Assembly: GCA_965649765.1 (NCBI GenBank)
Contig: OZ287749.1
Span: forward strand, 310,001 to 374,000
Source of the DNA: Bispira polyomma
Taxonomy: Eukaryota
Direction of reading: 5' to 3'
Length of the DNA: 64,000 bases
Of this stretch, positions 49,108 to 62,362 are shown piece by piece; position 1 is the first letter of the stretch, and the number at the start of each line of letters is the position of its first letter. Under the pieces are notes generated by a model. The model was given only the letters and a program-made list of their open reading frames with translations. It did no database searches and was not told the DNA's origin. The position numbers were made by a program, and so were the translations under genes.

Positions 49108-50845
49108 AAATAGCCTTACTTATATAAATAAAATCAAAACTATTACTGATACAAAGACAATGGAGTCCCTATACTGCAAAATTACTGCCAAAAAAGAAAT
49201 TAACGTGAAGAAAAGTCATTCAAGTGTCGTCTCTAAATTCATAACATTATGACATTTAATGTCTCAATTGGTAATTTATTGACTATCGGATTAAAGTGCT
49301 GTTTATTGTTATTGGAAGCTACTGGTAACTTAATGTTATAGAAGAGGCGTTATTTAAACAAAGAAACTGTTGACTTCTTGCCGATAATGACACATACAGC
49401 ACTTGATTGTGTTAGAATTACACCATTAATTAAGTATGTGTCAAGGCCACTTTACTTTGTCAGCAAAAGGCTTTCATCTCCGTTACGACTTAACCAAATG
49501 TCTAGATAAGGTGAAAATCAAACACACTTTGCTTCTTTGTGTAATGGGTAAGTTGGATTTCATTTTAACAGATGTAAATTGCGTATAACCCACTAAAACA
49601 CAAAATCTACAGTCTAAACAGCTGGCTGAATCTTGTATGAGCACTATTTTTTCTACAAAATATGAGCAAACAGTGACAAGATAACGTTAGTAAAGAGTTA
49701 TAGAATTAACACCTGACAGTTGACAAATATTTTCTTTCAAAAGTGAACAGTCTCTCTGTTCAAATTGAATATTTATGTTTTGGTCACTTTTCATAATTTA
49801 CATTAAATTGAGAGCAATAATATTGTCATAACTGCAAGCATGGCACAAGACAGACGATTATAATATTGTTTTAATTGAGCCACTGTATTATGTAAATAAA
49901 CAGAAATAATATGACAATTCACAACCAATATTCCTCTTTTTGGTACAATAATTACAATATTGTCTCGGACTTTTGTGCACCTTTCTGTAGTGCACTTTCC
50001 CTTGTATTCAATGATGACACTTTAAATGATCCCTGTATGGTCCCCTTGCATTAATATTATTTACTTTCTCACTAAAAGTGCTTTTTTAACGATAATAGAT
50101 ATTTAATGCCACTTATGATCATTCACCTAAAGTCACTATGATAACCTAATACGAGTGACTTTACAGGTTAAACAGTTTCAACTCACAGCTTTTATCAGTC
50201 ACTATTCCACCATTACAAAGCCTGTATATGTGTCCCAAAGGCAGTGTGGGGTCCAGTGGAGTGAGCTATTGCTTTGTAATCAGAGAGATAAGTGTGACAC
50301 TTGGAGTGGTGTATAAAAGCCTTAGAGAGCCAATTAGATCAGAGGTGAAGATCTTTTACTGATTACTGTTTGGATTGGTCTCCAGAACCTGATAAACTAA
50401 TGGCTTGATCAAAGCCATAGCCACATCTGATAATATTACTAGTAATGAGTACAGAACAAATTTAAAAGTCAATTTTATTTATTGAAAGTGTCTATAAGGA
50501 AACTTTTTGGGAGAAATCCAATCCAAATATGTTGTTACATATAACTGAACGAAATTAATTTATCAGTTGCAAGAGATTCATTTGAACCAAGTAATTGTAA
50601 ACATTTCATTCACGTCTTCTCTAGCAGCTATTTAATTCCTTTTAGTTCTTGACCACATTGTTTGGTGTACCAGGACCTTTACATGTTAATCAGGTTAACC
50701 ATCATAACTTGTCATACCTTACTGGTTCTAGATATTTACTATGCTTTGTTACTGGCACAGCTTCAAATGTAGCACTTATATATGTGCTTGGACTATAGGG
50801 TTATAGACATGTTTTTTTGTTAAAGTTTGAGGTTTTGATGTCAGT

Positions 50846-53800
50846 ATGTATGGTCCTTGTTTAACCCCCATTTATATTGTAGTATGTATCATACTCAGCC
50901 ATGTGCTGCACACCAGCACACAGAAGGACCTGGAACTGGTGGGTGTCGGGGCATCTCTTCCCGGGGAAGTCTATGAAGCCCTGGCCCCGGCATATGAAAG
51001 CTACAGGAGTACGTTTGTGAGTTTGGATAATGAGTATTATGCTGTTGGTAGTGGGCCTGGCCAAGAAATCTTTCTGAATGACATTGAAGACGACTTCCCC
51101 AGACCAATCACCTACATTGGATCAGATTCTGTTTTGACAGATGATGACTATCAGAAAAATTCTAATCTACAGATGATCCCAGTTTTGGCAGGGTATGATT
51201 GATATAAATTACAAATGTACACTAACTTCCTTTAAATACAATGAAATTATTGCATAGAACACAGCTGTGTATAAAATGGCTGTAAACATACAATTTGTGT
51301 CAACGAAATTGTATTATTATTAGTCTTTCTGCAATGTCCTCAAAACCAATATCATATTATAACCAATTTCCAAAATATCAATACAATCAATTTGCTTGTA
51401 TTTCCAGGTCTGTCGTATTGGCCTACAACCTCAACATAAACCCTGCCTACTCGCTCAACTTGACAATGGATTTAATAGTGGGAATATTTAATGGAACAGT
51501 TCAATTCTGGAATTATTCTGAAATAGTGGAGATAAACCCAAACATCAACCTTCCAAACAGCAGTATCCGTGCGATTACTCGGGCTGATGAATCTGGATCC
51601 ACCGAGATTTTTACATCCACACTAAGTTTTCATAGCCCAGAATGGAATGCTACCTATGGGACGTTTAGCAAAGGCTTGGATTTGGATGAAGAACCAGTAT
51701 ATTGGGATCCGGATGTGGTGTCTTTGTATGGGAGAACAAACGGGGATGTCAGGGATCATCCTGTCATATAGGAACTCTATTGGCTATGTCTCTGTGGCCG
51801 ATGTTGTTGTTGCGCAGCTGAGATACGCAAGAATATTACACAATGGTTACTATCTGGATGTTGAAATGCAGGATTATACAGACATCATGGAGAGGACTCA
51901 AGATCTGTTTGATTCACACTTCACACTGGATCTCTCCAGGCATGTCTTACCCGGGGAGTATCCTTTTATAGGCTACAGTTACTTCATCATGAACAAACAC
52001 TTCTCCACAAACTGCGATCTGATTGTTGAACTGGTCCGGTACATGGAATGGATCGGTGAAGACGACTTTGCAAGAGCAGAAATTCGAGACTTTCAAGTTG
52101 AACCAGTTTTGGTGGAAATAAGAGACCGTATTGTGAACGATGTCTTAAAGGAAATGACGTGCGAGAATAAAAACTTGTATGACTTAGTTCAAGAGCAGAA
52201 GTATCAAGAGTTTCTATCTCAGCAGGTATGGAGGATTCCTGTCTTCATATTTACTGGTGTGGTGGTTGTCTTTGTACTGTTACTAATTGCTTACATCATC
52301 TGGCAGCAAATCAAGCTACACAGAGCAATTAATGCAGATGAATGGAAGATTGACAAAGGGAACATTACTCTTAGCTGGACCCGTAAGTTAGGCATTATAA
52401 ACAAAGGGATTGGCAGCGCAATCTCCTTGAATATGTCTACGATGTCAAATGTTAGTATGTCTGCATTTTCTAACATATACGGTATTGGTATTTATGGCCA
52501 GAAAAATGTATGTCTCCGAGATGTTGGTGTCATCCATCTGGATACACATAGGAAAGAAATAAAAAAACTGTTAATCTGGATGAGAGACAAACTTCAACAC
52601 AACAACATTTTACGTTTTTATGGCATTGTCATGTTTCAAAGTGGCTACGAGAAATATTACGTCAGTGATTATTGCCCCAAAGGTACACTCTCCGATGTAG
52701 TTCAAAATGACAAGTATCGGATTGACGACAACATCAAGTTTTCTCTGGCAATGGATATCACCAATGGCATGGTATTTATACACAGTCACGGTCTTGTGCA
52801 CGGCCACCTGACATCGGAGCATTGTTTTATTGACCATCGGTGGAACGTTAAAGTCGCAGACTGGGAAAGTAACAAACTCAAGACAATGCACCAAACAAAG
52901 CGTATGTCCAAGACGAGTATTTCTCCACATGAGATAGAAGTTGTGGAGGAAGATCCCAACATCATAGCACGCCAGCAGATCTGGATGGATCCAGATTTAT
53001 TAAAACAGGATTCCATGCCTGTCTTTGTTAAGCATCATGATGTCTACAGCTTTGCTTTAATTCTGGTGGAGATTTTTACAAGAGAAGATCCATTTGCTGA
53101 GTTCAGTGTCAAAATGGAACCCATCCAGATACTGGAGCATATCAAGAGCACCAACTTAAAACCCGATGTGAATAGCATCAACCCACGACCCATTCGCCCA
53201 ATTATAACCAGTGCCTGGCACAAGGAGGCAGGAGAAAGGCTTACATTTGGGGCTCTTAACAAGGCTATCAAAGCGGCCAAACCCTCCAGAAAAGGTAACC
53301 AAAACTTGATTTGGTTGATATGTACAATGATCTGATAATTGTATATTGGTTTACCACCCACAGTTTTTGTGCTGTGTAATTGTATTTGTCACTGGATTTT
53401 TCTGTATTTGTCCTTAGTCTAATTGTATTTGTGTATTGTAGGGGGGCTATTTCAGAAATTTATATTTTTTTCACAGGAGTGATGGATTCTATGATGGAAG
53501 TTCTGGAGTCTTACGCCAGTCATTTAGAGGAGAAGGTATCAGAGAGAACCATAGAACTGGATGCAGCTCACAGGAGTCTACAGAACTTACTGCACCAGGT
53601 AGGCATTGGTTATTGTGTTTGTAACTTTAAAAGAGATTTAAACGACATATTTATGAACCATTTTAAAGACATGTCAATACAATAATGTATGCATTAAATA
53701 GAAGTCGACGGAAATTTCTGCACCAGGTAGGCAGTAGATTGATTATTGTATATGTAAATTTAGAAGAGGTTTACAAACTGGTCAAGCTATGAAACATTCT

Positions 53801-56800
53801 TCTCACAAATTTCTAGAACTTACTTCACCAGGCAAGGGTTTGGTGATGGGAGATAAAGGGTATATAAATAGATTACAATATAAAACATTCTACATACCAG
53901 TTCATAGGTTAATATGAAATTATTGTCTTATTGTCTTCCTTTGAATCACTTAACAGAATAGAATATCAAAATCGGGATATAGGCCAGGCACTGCAATCAA
54001 ATAGTGGGTAGTTGTTAGTCAAACCTGGATGTATATTTAATCATTTGTAACTATTAAATCACGTGTTTCGCTCCCTTTATAGATCTTACCACCTTCAGTA
54101 GCAGAAAGTTTGTCTCTTGTAACCAGTTACTATTAAAGCATGTGTTTGTCTCACTATTGTAGATCTCACCACCTTCAGTAACAGAAAGTCTGTCACTTGT
54201 AACCAGTTACTATTAAAGCATGTGTTTGTCTCACTATTGTAGATCTCACCACCTTCAGTAGCAAAAAGTCTGTCACTTGTAACCAGTTAATATTAAATCA
54301 TGTGTTTGTCTCACTGTTGTAGATCTTTCCACCTTCAGTAACAGAAAGTCTGTCACTTGTAACCAGTTACTAATAAAGCATGTGTTTGTCTCACTATTTT
54401 AGATCTTACCACCTTCAGTAGCAGAAAATCTGTCAAAGGGTGAATCAGTAGAACCAGAGGAGTTTGAGTCTGTCACCATCTTCTTTAGTGACATTGTGGG
54501 TAAGTATTATTGTATTTGATGCTTAGTAATATTATGGTGGAGTATATTTCAGTGACATTTATCAAATGCTTTATTGTCATCAAAAAGTTGCATTTGTCGT
54601 GATATATTTCAGTTTTCAACATTTTAAAATTTTATTTATGATAGAACAATTTAATTTATCAGTGGGAAACATAATAATGTACCTGATTGTATACTATAAA
54701 AACAACCTCTCTCATAACAGGAATCCAAGTGGTGGTAACAACTAACTACTTACTAATTAATTCTTCTAATCCACCATGGTAATTGATATATTGATGGTAA
54801 CAAAACTAGTTACCTTGATCAACTGTGTGCAGTATTTCCACCAGCGTTCCAACTATCCGTCCCAATATAACCAAAATAAAGGTACTAGAGTGGACGTTAA
54901 ATATCCAAATAATCAAATCTTGCTCACCCCCCCCCCCCCCCCTAGTTTACTCCGTGAACACCACCACATCCTTCCTTATGATCTGGCTGCATTGTTGGAC
55001 TTGTGGATAAGTTAAAAGGCTATGTGGTGGTGCTGTAGAAGATGCTTCACATAGATAAGGCACGTTAAAACTGCAAAATAGAAATGGATGGTTAGATTGA
55101 TATATTATTATTATTATTATTATTAGTCAGACTTTTTTAGCGCTTATTTTCGTTGTAACAAATTCTAAGGCACAGAAAAACCACAGCCAGAGTCGAAAAA
55201 CATAGGTGATAGACAGAAGGAAGTACTAAGGATATATCCCTTCAATTACTATATGTATATTTGTATTCCTCAATATATTGTAGGTTTTACTAAACTCTCA
55301 GCACAGTCCACACCACAACAAATTGTGAACATGTTGAATGACCTCTACACGACCTTTGACTCTGTCCTGGGTCATCATGATGTGTACAAGGTGGAGACTA
55401 TTGGGGATGCTTACATGGTTGTGTCAGGTGCTCCATACAATTAATCCTGAAATTAGTTAATATTATTTGTATTATTTTTATAAGGCACAGACTCATATTG
55501 ATTTCATTCTGAAAAGGGTGCAGCCATGGTTGAATTCTTTAACGCCTTCAGAGATTGTTTGGGAGCACTCTTCTTTAAAAAACAATTTAGGTTCAAAGAA
55601 AAAAATTTAAGTTTTGTGTTAATTTTGCTTTCAACACGTTTTATGTCATATAATTGCGGGCACTTCACTGGTGGACAAAATCAAAATTGGTCAGTTGACC
55701 AGGGTTTTCCAATCTAGAAAAAGCACCAGCCTTCAGCAACTCTACTGGCAACTTTTGCACATGCATACCTAGTCTGAGGTTTGAACAAATGACTTTCCCT
55801 CTGGATATACAATAAATGAATACATTTTTTAGCTTCAGAGGACACATATAGATCTCTTTATAAAAATATTGATTTCAAATACAGCCAACACTTGTAAGTA
55901 CTAGTATAAACAGCTAGTATGCTTCCTGAGTGAGCTGAGGGTGAACAATTGGTTGACAATTGGAAGAACCCAGGCGGGGGGTGTAAACTCAGCTAAGACC
56001 TCAATGGAGGAGATATCGGACTATACCTACACGCATTAATTACACATATAATTATCAACTATATCATTCTCTACAACCTATTCGATTTTTTCACCTTCTA
56101 GGTCTCCCAAAGATGAATGGTTTTCTTCATGCGGCAGAAATTTCGACGATGTCTCTGGATCTACTGGAGGCAGCCAGACGATTTAAAATCCGGCACAAAG
56201 CCAATGATGAGTTACAACTGAGGGCAGGGATCCATACTGGCCCAGTGGTGTCTGGAGTGGTGGGCCTTAAAATGCTGAGATAAAACAGAAACTTAATAAG
56301 TTACAGCTGAGGGTAGGGATACAGACTAGATCAGTGGTGTCTGGAGTGGTGGGCCTCAAAATGCCAAGGTAAAACAGGAACCTAATGAGCTACAACTGAG
56401 GGCAGGGATCCATACTGGATCAGTGGTGTCTGAAGTGGTGGGCCTTAAAATGCCGAGGTAAAACAGAAAGTGTATTTCACACTGTGCGTCTGTTTTTTTA
56501 GACAACTCTTGTTACTTCTAAATCACCCCAATCAATGACCAGATATCCTCTGTAGGATGTATCTGATACAATGACCAGATTACCTCTGTGGTATCTATCC
56601 CAGTCAATGACCAGATATCAGGGTAATTGGTTAAGGTTTTGTGGTTTACAAACCAGCCTTCAGCAAGTCTACTGCTAACTTTGTTACATACACACGCAAG
56701 GCCGAGATTTGAACCCACAGCAGGAAGTGTGTTTACCACTACACCACTGTTCCCCCCCCCCCCCCTTAATGTACTGTTCGTACACAGTATGTTAAGGTAA

Positions 56801-59800
56801 AAACTAAAAGGTTATCTTTAGTTTGCATTGATGAAAAGCACTTTTTGTGCTTATTCTGCAACACCATACTTCAATATAAGTCTTTTGATATATATGGAGT
56901 CATTGTAAAAAGTAGCATCGTGACTTATTGATAGAGAGTCTTCATTTTGACGGTGTGTAGTAAGAGGTATCTGGTTACATAAAACTCACAATGTTCACAT
57001 CCATTAATAAATACAAAGAATTGAGTCCACTTTAATAAGATTCTAGACTTACTTACAAGTCTTTAGTTTTGGTGAAACACTGTATGACTCAATATTTTTC
57101 CGTGTATACAATTAAGTCTATGACTTGGCTAAGTCCCTTCGTGAATACGTGGCCAGGCCATGTTTACAAACGAGAGATAAGCTCACTCTGCATACATAAT
57201 TATTGAACTTCAGTAGTGCATATTTGAGAAAGGGGGTTCATCTTATCTGTGTTCTATATATAGATCTCCGATCATGTTTACAAATAAACGAAAAGTGCAC
57301 TCTGCATGCATAATTTATGCCCGGCACAGCCGTGTATATTTGACAGGGAGGGGTGGGGGGGGGGGGGGGCTTATCTTATCTTTCATCAGTAAACATGGGC
57401 GAGGGTGAACTGGAGTCATAAGCCTTTGTTATCTTATCAGTTGATCTAAAGGGAAAACATAGAGTGGTAAATAGCCTGAGGTTATAGGAACTATGCTGTT
57501 ATGTAATCGAGATGGCATAAACTCTTGCTAATCTTGTGTAACGTAGTTTCTAAGAAGTTCGGTGAATGTGTCCAAAATGTTGAAGATGAGATGTAATCAG
57601 CGTGGTTAACATTGGCTAAAGAGGGTGATTAGTTGTTGTGGCTTAGGTCGTGTATTTCTCAACTATAAGGGGGATTAGTACTTCTTGTGTGTGAATAATT
57701 AGAAACAAAACAAAACTGACAAACTTATATGAAAAGTATGTATAAAGGCCATTATAGTAATCACGTGACACTCAACCCCTATATAAGTCCATGAAGTCTG
57801 AAGACATTGATCCAATACTCATTTATGAACAGTTGATTATAGCACTTTGAACATTAGAATGGAGATAGTGAAAAACACAATAGGCGGACAGCTTCTGTGC
57901 TACAATGGCTATATGTACACCAAAAAGTTAACAAGGGAGACTAAATAATTAATGCCTCATAACATTCGCCGTTAAGGTGTCTGCCATCCAAACCGTTGAC
58001 ACTCCAATATTACTGTTGTTGTTTTCTTGATACTATCTAAAGTACATTGGGATGGTTTTACACAATTGCACATTGAACAGTTATACATGACCCAAACTAT
58101 CTATAAATCGATTGCCAGTTCTATTTATTTACTGTATAAGGAGATTAAGGACGTGTATCAGAATACTCCATCAGACTAGTAGGGAGACAATTCCACTCAG
58201 CAGGCGCAGCAACTATCAATGCTTTTAAACCAGCCAGTGTTTTGGGTAAGAAAGGGGGAATAGGGGGGGGGGGGGGGGTATACTTAAGGAAATAAACATA
58301 CACATGAAATTATTGGAATATCACAGATATTATATTAGCTTCTACACTTTAATGACAAAAATGGTTGAGACCAAGACGTTTTAACTACACAATTGGAAGC
58401 TATATTTTAAAAAGAAACCAGACATTGTCTCTGTATCAGGATGCATTACAGATCTCCCTGGGGAACTGATCCTTTTGTAGCCCTGGATTTTTATCATCCA
58501 CAGCGTGCTGTTGTTTCGATGCTAACAAGGGTGCTGCCATCTTAAAAATAATATGCAAGGCCTTAATGGATTGGTTGGAAACAATCCACCTGTCCAAAAT
58601 GAAGGGTTGGTATATAGTGGCCATATCAACGTTAGTGTATTTCACACTGTGCGCCTGTCTCCTTGTTTGTCCCAGTAGCAGCGAAGATGGTATTATGCCT
58701 TCTGCACAAACTTACATTAACAGATGTGATCTCTGCTGTTTTAGGTACTGTCTGTTTGGAGACACTGTTCACACAGCCACCAGGACAGAGTCTCTCTTTC
58801 TAGGAAGGTATTGTGGCTCCTGCAAGACTTCTATTAGATGTGATCTATTTGCTGTTTTAGGTACTGTCTGTTTGGAGACACAGTTAACACAGCCACCAGG
58901 ATAGAGTCTCTCTTTCTAGGAAGGTATTGTGCCTCCTGCACAGACTTCTTTTAAATGTTTTCTATTTGCTGTTTCAGGTACTGTCTGTTTGGAGACACTG
59001 TTAACACAGCTAGCAGGATGGAGTCCACATCAGTAGCCAACAAGATCCAGGTTTCAGAGTCCACGGCCAGCCTGCTCCAGAAGGTTGGAGGCTTTAAGCT
59101 TGAGTTGAGAGGTGAACAGGATATTAAGGTGTGGGGAATATATTTTTTTGTCAGAAAACCTCTATCTTGAAGGTTAGCTGGGTGCAGCCATGTTGTATCA
59201 CCATTGGTCTCAACCATTTTTGTCATTAAAATGTAGAAGCAAATATAATATCTGTGGTATTCCAATAGTTTCATGTGTCTGTTTATTTCCTTTAGTATAA
59301 CCCCCCCCCCCCCCCCCCCCATTGCAAAATACTGGCTGGTTCAAAATCATTCACAGTTGCTGCACCTGCTGAGTGGAATTCTCTCCCTACTAGTCTGACA
59401 AACCAGTTAGGGGGTGAAGCTTTATTGACAATATTCATGAAATTGATATCTTCTTATTACTGTTAATGTTATATTTTCCCCTTATTTGTGGTTAATATAT
59501 TTGTCTGATACACAGTTAGCAGTTTATTTGATAAGATAAATTAAAGAATTAGTTATCTTACAACTATTATAATTGACGTTGATAAAGCTAGCACACCTTT
59601 ACTTCTGAGATTCTTGTGTTGTGAAACATGTCATAGCTGACCTAACTAAAGTATTTGGGATTTCCCCCAAACCCATAACGGCCACAACCAGGTGAAAATC
59701 TGAAAAGGGTAGTTGATCAAGGGTTTTCTTCTCTGCAAAATCCCCAGCCTTCACCAAGTCTACTGCCAACTTCTTCACAAACATGTCAGGGCAAAGTTTT

Positions 59801-60261
59801 GAACCCAAGGCTACAGAGGTGTGATTGAAGTGTTACCACAAATTATCAATACTAAGGTGCCTGTATAAGATCTTAGTAAACTAAGAGAATATTCTGTGAT
59901 TTGGTAATGACAATTGCACAAAGGATATAAAAACATATTGTGCATGAATTAAATGCTGGTAATCAAAAAATTGAGTCATTTTTGACTACCAAGATTTGTT
60001 GTGCCTTATATTAAGAGTCTGGCAATGGTAGTACTCTTCTACATCATTGTATTAGTACTTTCCTAAGTTGTGTCAAAATTTGAACTGAAATAATTATATA
60101 TTTGGTAACAGCCTTTACTACTGTAATATTATTTGTTGGTTTACTTTCAGGGCAAGGGTCAAATGAAGACTTACTTTCTGCTGTCTAAAGCCGGTTACAG
60201 AGCTTTAAACATTGAGGATGAGACATCTGACTATTGCACCAAATATCTCAGACCTGTCTGA
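50846..60261 (+). CDS. Receptor guanylyl cyclase with PstS-type phosphate-binding ectodomain (8 exons; two apparent lesions, possibly pseudogene)
   Basis: Exons 50846-51192, 51408-53294, 53477-53598, 54403-54499, 55284-55427, 56102-~56279, 58978-59128, 60151-60261 with compatible phases; signal peptide; PstS motifs [28 protein letters not shown]; [25 protein letters not shown]; pseudokinase HGHLTS; cyclase [50 protein letters not shown]. Confidence 0.9.
54045..54432 (+). repeat. 80-bp tandem repeat spanning the exon-4 acceptor (5 copies)
   Basis: AG|ATCT at 54081, 54161, 54241, 54321, 54401. Confidence 0.92.
54811..54918 (+). mobile_element. SINE family 1, 3' fragment
   Basis: ccaactatccgtcccaatataacc...ggtactagagtggacgttaaatatccaaa matches the 3' half of 47905-48150. 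Confidence 0.8.
56200..56469 (+). repeat. ~89-bp triplication of the exon-6 3' end and donor
   Basis: [18 protein letters not shown](P/L)R unit three times; donors at 56369 and 56458, first copy AG|AT. Confidence 0.9.
56640..56750 (-). mobile_element. tRNA-derived SINE (family 2); related fragments at ~55690-55790 and ~59690-59830
   Basis: Reverse strand GTGGTGTAGTGG (A box) and GGGTTCAAATC (B box), shared AGCAGTAGACTTGCTGAAGGCTGG core. Confidence 0.6.
58700..59020 (+). repeat. ~116-bp triplication of the exon-7 acceptor
   Basis: AG|GTACTGTCTGTTTGGAGACAC at 58745, 58861, 58978. Confidence 0.9.
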
Positions 60262-60378
60262 CTCACAAACTGTATGAACATAACTCATTTAGTGAATTTA
60301 ACATTGACATTGTTTTAATCAAAACCTGTATGAAATAACTCATTTTGTAAACTAACATTTATCTTGTCAATGTAGTGA

Positions 60379-60766
60379 CCTTAAGTTAAGTTTAAAATTT
60401 AAGTGCAAAAACACCGTAGTGTTACACTGCACTATTACAATTAATAAATACATTAACTAAATATATATACAAACAACATTAACATTAAACAAAGGAAGCA
60501 ATGACTAGATCAGAGAATGAAATACAAAAAATATAACAAATAAATACAAAATATAAATATAACAATACTACACAATAAATTAACTCTTATTAACAGAATA
60601 AATTATTTAACTATATCTTAAAACTTATAAAACAAACCTATTTCCTTTAAATAATTAAAAATACTATTTACATTGCTATTTAATAAATCTTTCATATTAT
60701 TAACATTAAAAAACTTTTTTTGAATGTCATGTAGGTCGATACAGTCTAATAATATATGCCTGACTG
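60379..60766 (-). mobile_element. 3' fragment of the I-clade LINE with 15-bp TSD
   Basis: Similar to 18271-18705; TSD TTGTCAATGTAGTGA at 60364-60378 and 60767-60781. Confidence 0.9.
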
Positions 60767-61214
60767 TTGTCAATGTAGTGATAAAAGTGAGATAGGTGTA
60801 ACAAAAATCACATCATGATAACTAATTCAGATGTAAATCAGAAAAAAACATGACGAGTTTGTGTCATCAATGCAGATTAGCCGACAACGCTACTAAAATT
60901 GTTCCAGTTATACGTAAATCTTTACCACCCTTTAAGTTTTAAAAAACTAAAATATTATTGTTTTCGATAAATAATGTAATGTAGATTAGTTTTCAGGACT
61001 AGTCTTCAGGAAATAGTGTGGTTCCCAAAGTTAACGTTAACTTTAACCTTCGTTGAATAACATAGATTTCGAGTAATTGTTATCTGTATTTTGATAAACT
61101 GAATTCTTTTGAGAGCTGAGCTAGAATTAATTATCTCAAAAGTACAGTAGGAACAGAAAAGTCCCCAAAAAGAATTGACAGTGAGAAAAGAAACTGTAGA
61201 CGTTGGTAAGTTTA

Positions 61215-61563
61215 TCATAAGTACACCATGTATTGTTCCACTATTATATCACTACCATAAGTACACCATGTATTGTTCCACTATTATACCACTACCGTAA
61301 GTACACCATGTATTGTTCCACTATTATACCACTACCATAAGTACACCATGTATTGTTCCACTATTATACCACTACCGTAAGTACACCATGTATTGTTCCA
61401 TTATTATACCACTACCATAAGTACACCATGTATTGTACCACTATTATACCACTACCATAAGTACACCATGTATTGTACCACTATTATACCACTACCATAA
61501 GTACACCATGTGTACCACTATTATACCACTACCATAGGTACACCATGTATTGTTCCACTATTA
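61215..61563. repeat. 40-bp minisatellite, ~9 copies
   Basis: cataagtacaccatgtattgttccactattataccactac. Confidence 0.95.
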
Positions 61564-62024
61564 CCTGACAGTAAAGATTTTTGTAGGCAGAGATCTATAC
61601 TACAATATATATATAAGGGTACAATTCGGGCTGTGGGATACAAACTGGACCTTGGCTATTTAGAATGGAAGTATTTATGCCTTAGATTATCAGTCCGACA
61701 ATTATGGTACTTTTCTAACACATATTGTTTATATTTTCCTAAACTATTTTAAAATGTTGAACTGAAAAAAATTTTTACCTCGGCTAGCTGGAATGGTTAA
61801 AACTATACATGGGAGAGAACAATAAATACAGGCGAAAACGATGAAACAACCACAAACACAAGTACAAGAGAAAACAATATAAGAGAAAAAATGAAGGAAC
61901 AACTCGGCAAGTGATAAAAACAAGAAGGTGCGCAAATAAAAGAAATAAATGGCACCACAAGTGTCGTGTAAGGTGTATTTGTCACAAGTCATGTTTATGT
62001 ACCAACACACTTCTAAATGCAAAG

Positions 62025-62362
62025 TGTTAGACAAAACCATAATGCCCAATTAATAAGGACAGTATTATGACACCCGTGTACTGTATGTTTTTAACAACAC
62101 ATTTTGTAAAAGTCAATAGTCAGACAAAAGCATAACCCCCACTTGAACATGACAGTATTATGACACCCGTGTACTGTATGTTTTTAACAACACATCTGTA
62201 AACATCAACAATCAGACAAAAGCATAACCCTCACTTGAACACGACAGTATTATGACGCCCGTGTACTGTATGTTTTTAAAAACACATTTGTAAACGTCAA
62301 GAGTCAGACAAAAGCATAACCCCCACTTAAACACGACACGATTATGACACCCGTGTACTGTA
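62025..62362. repeat. ~93-bp tandem repeat with dispersed units to ~63290
   Basis: gacagtattatgacacccgtgtactgtatgtttttaacaacac...cagacaaaagcataacccc. Confidence 0.85.

Noticed and set aside
50846-51800. Bacterial pstS contamination
   Set aside because: Interrupted by a GT-AG intron and continuous with TM/kinase-homology coding sequence in the same exon
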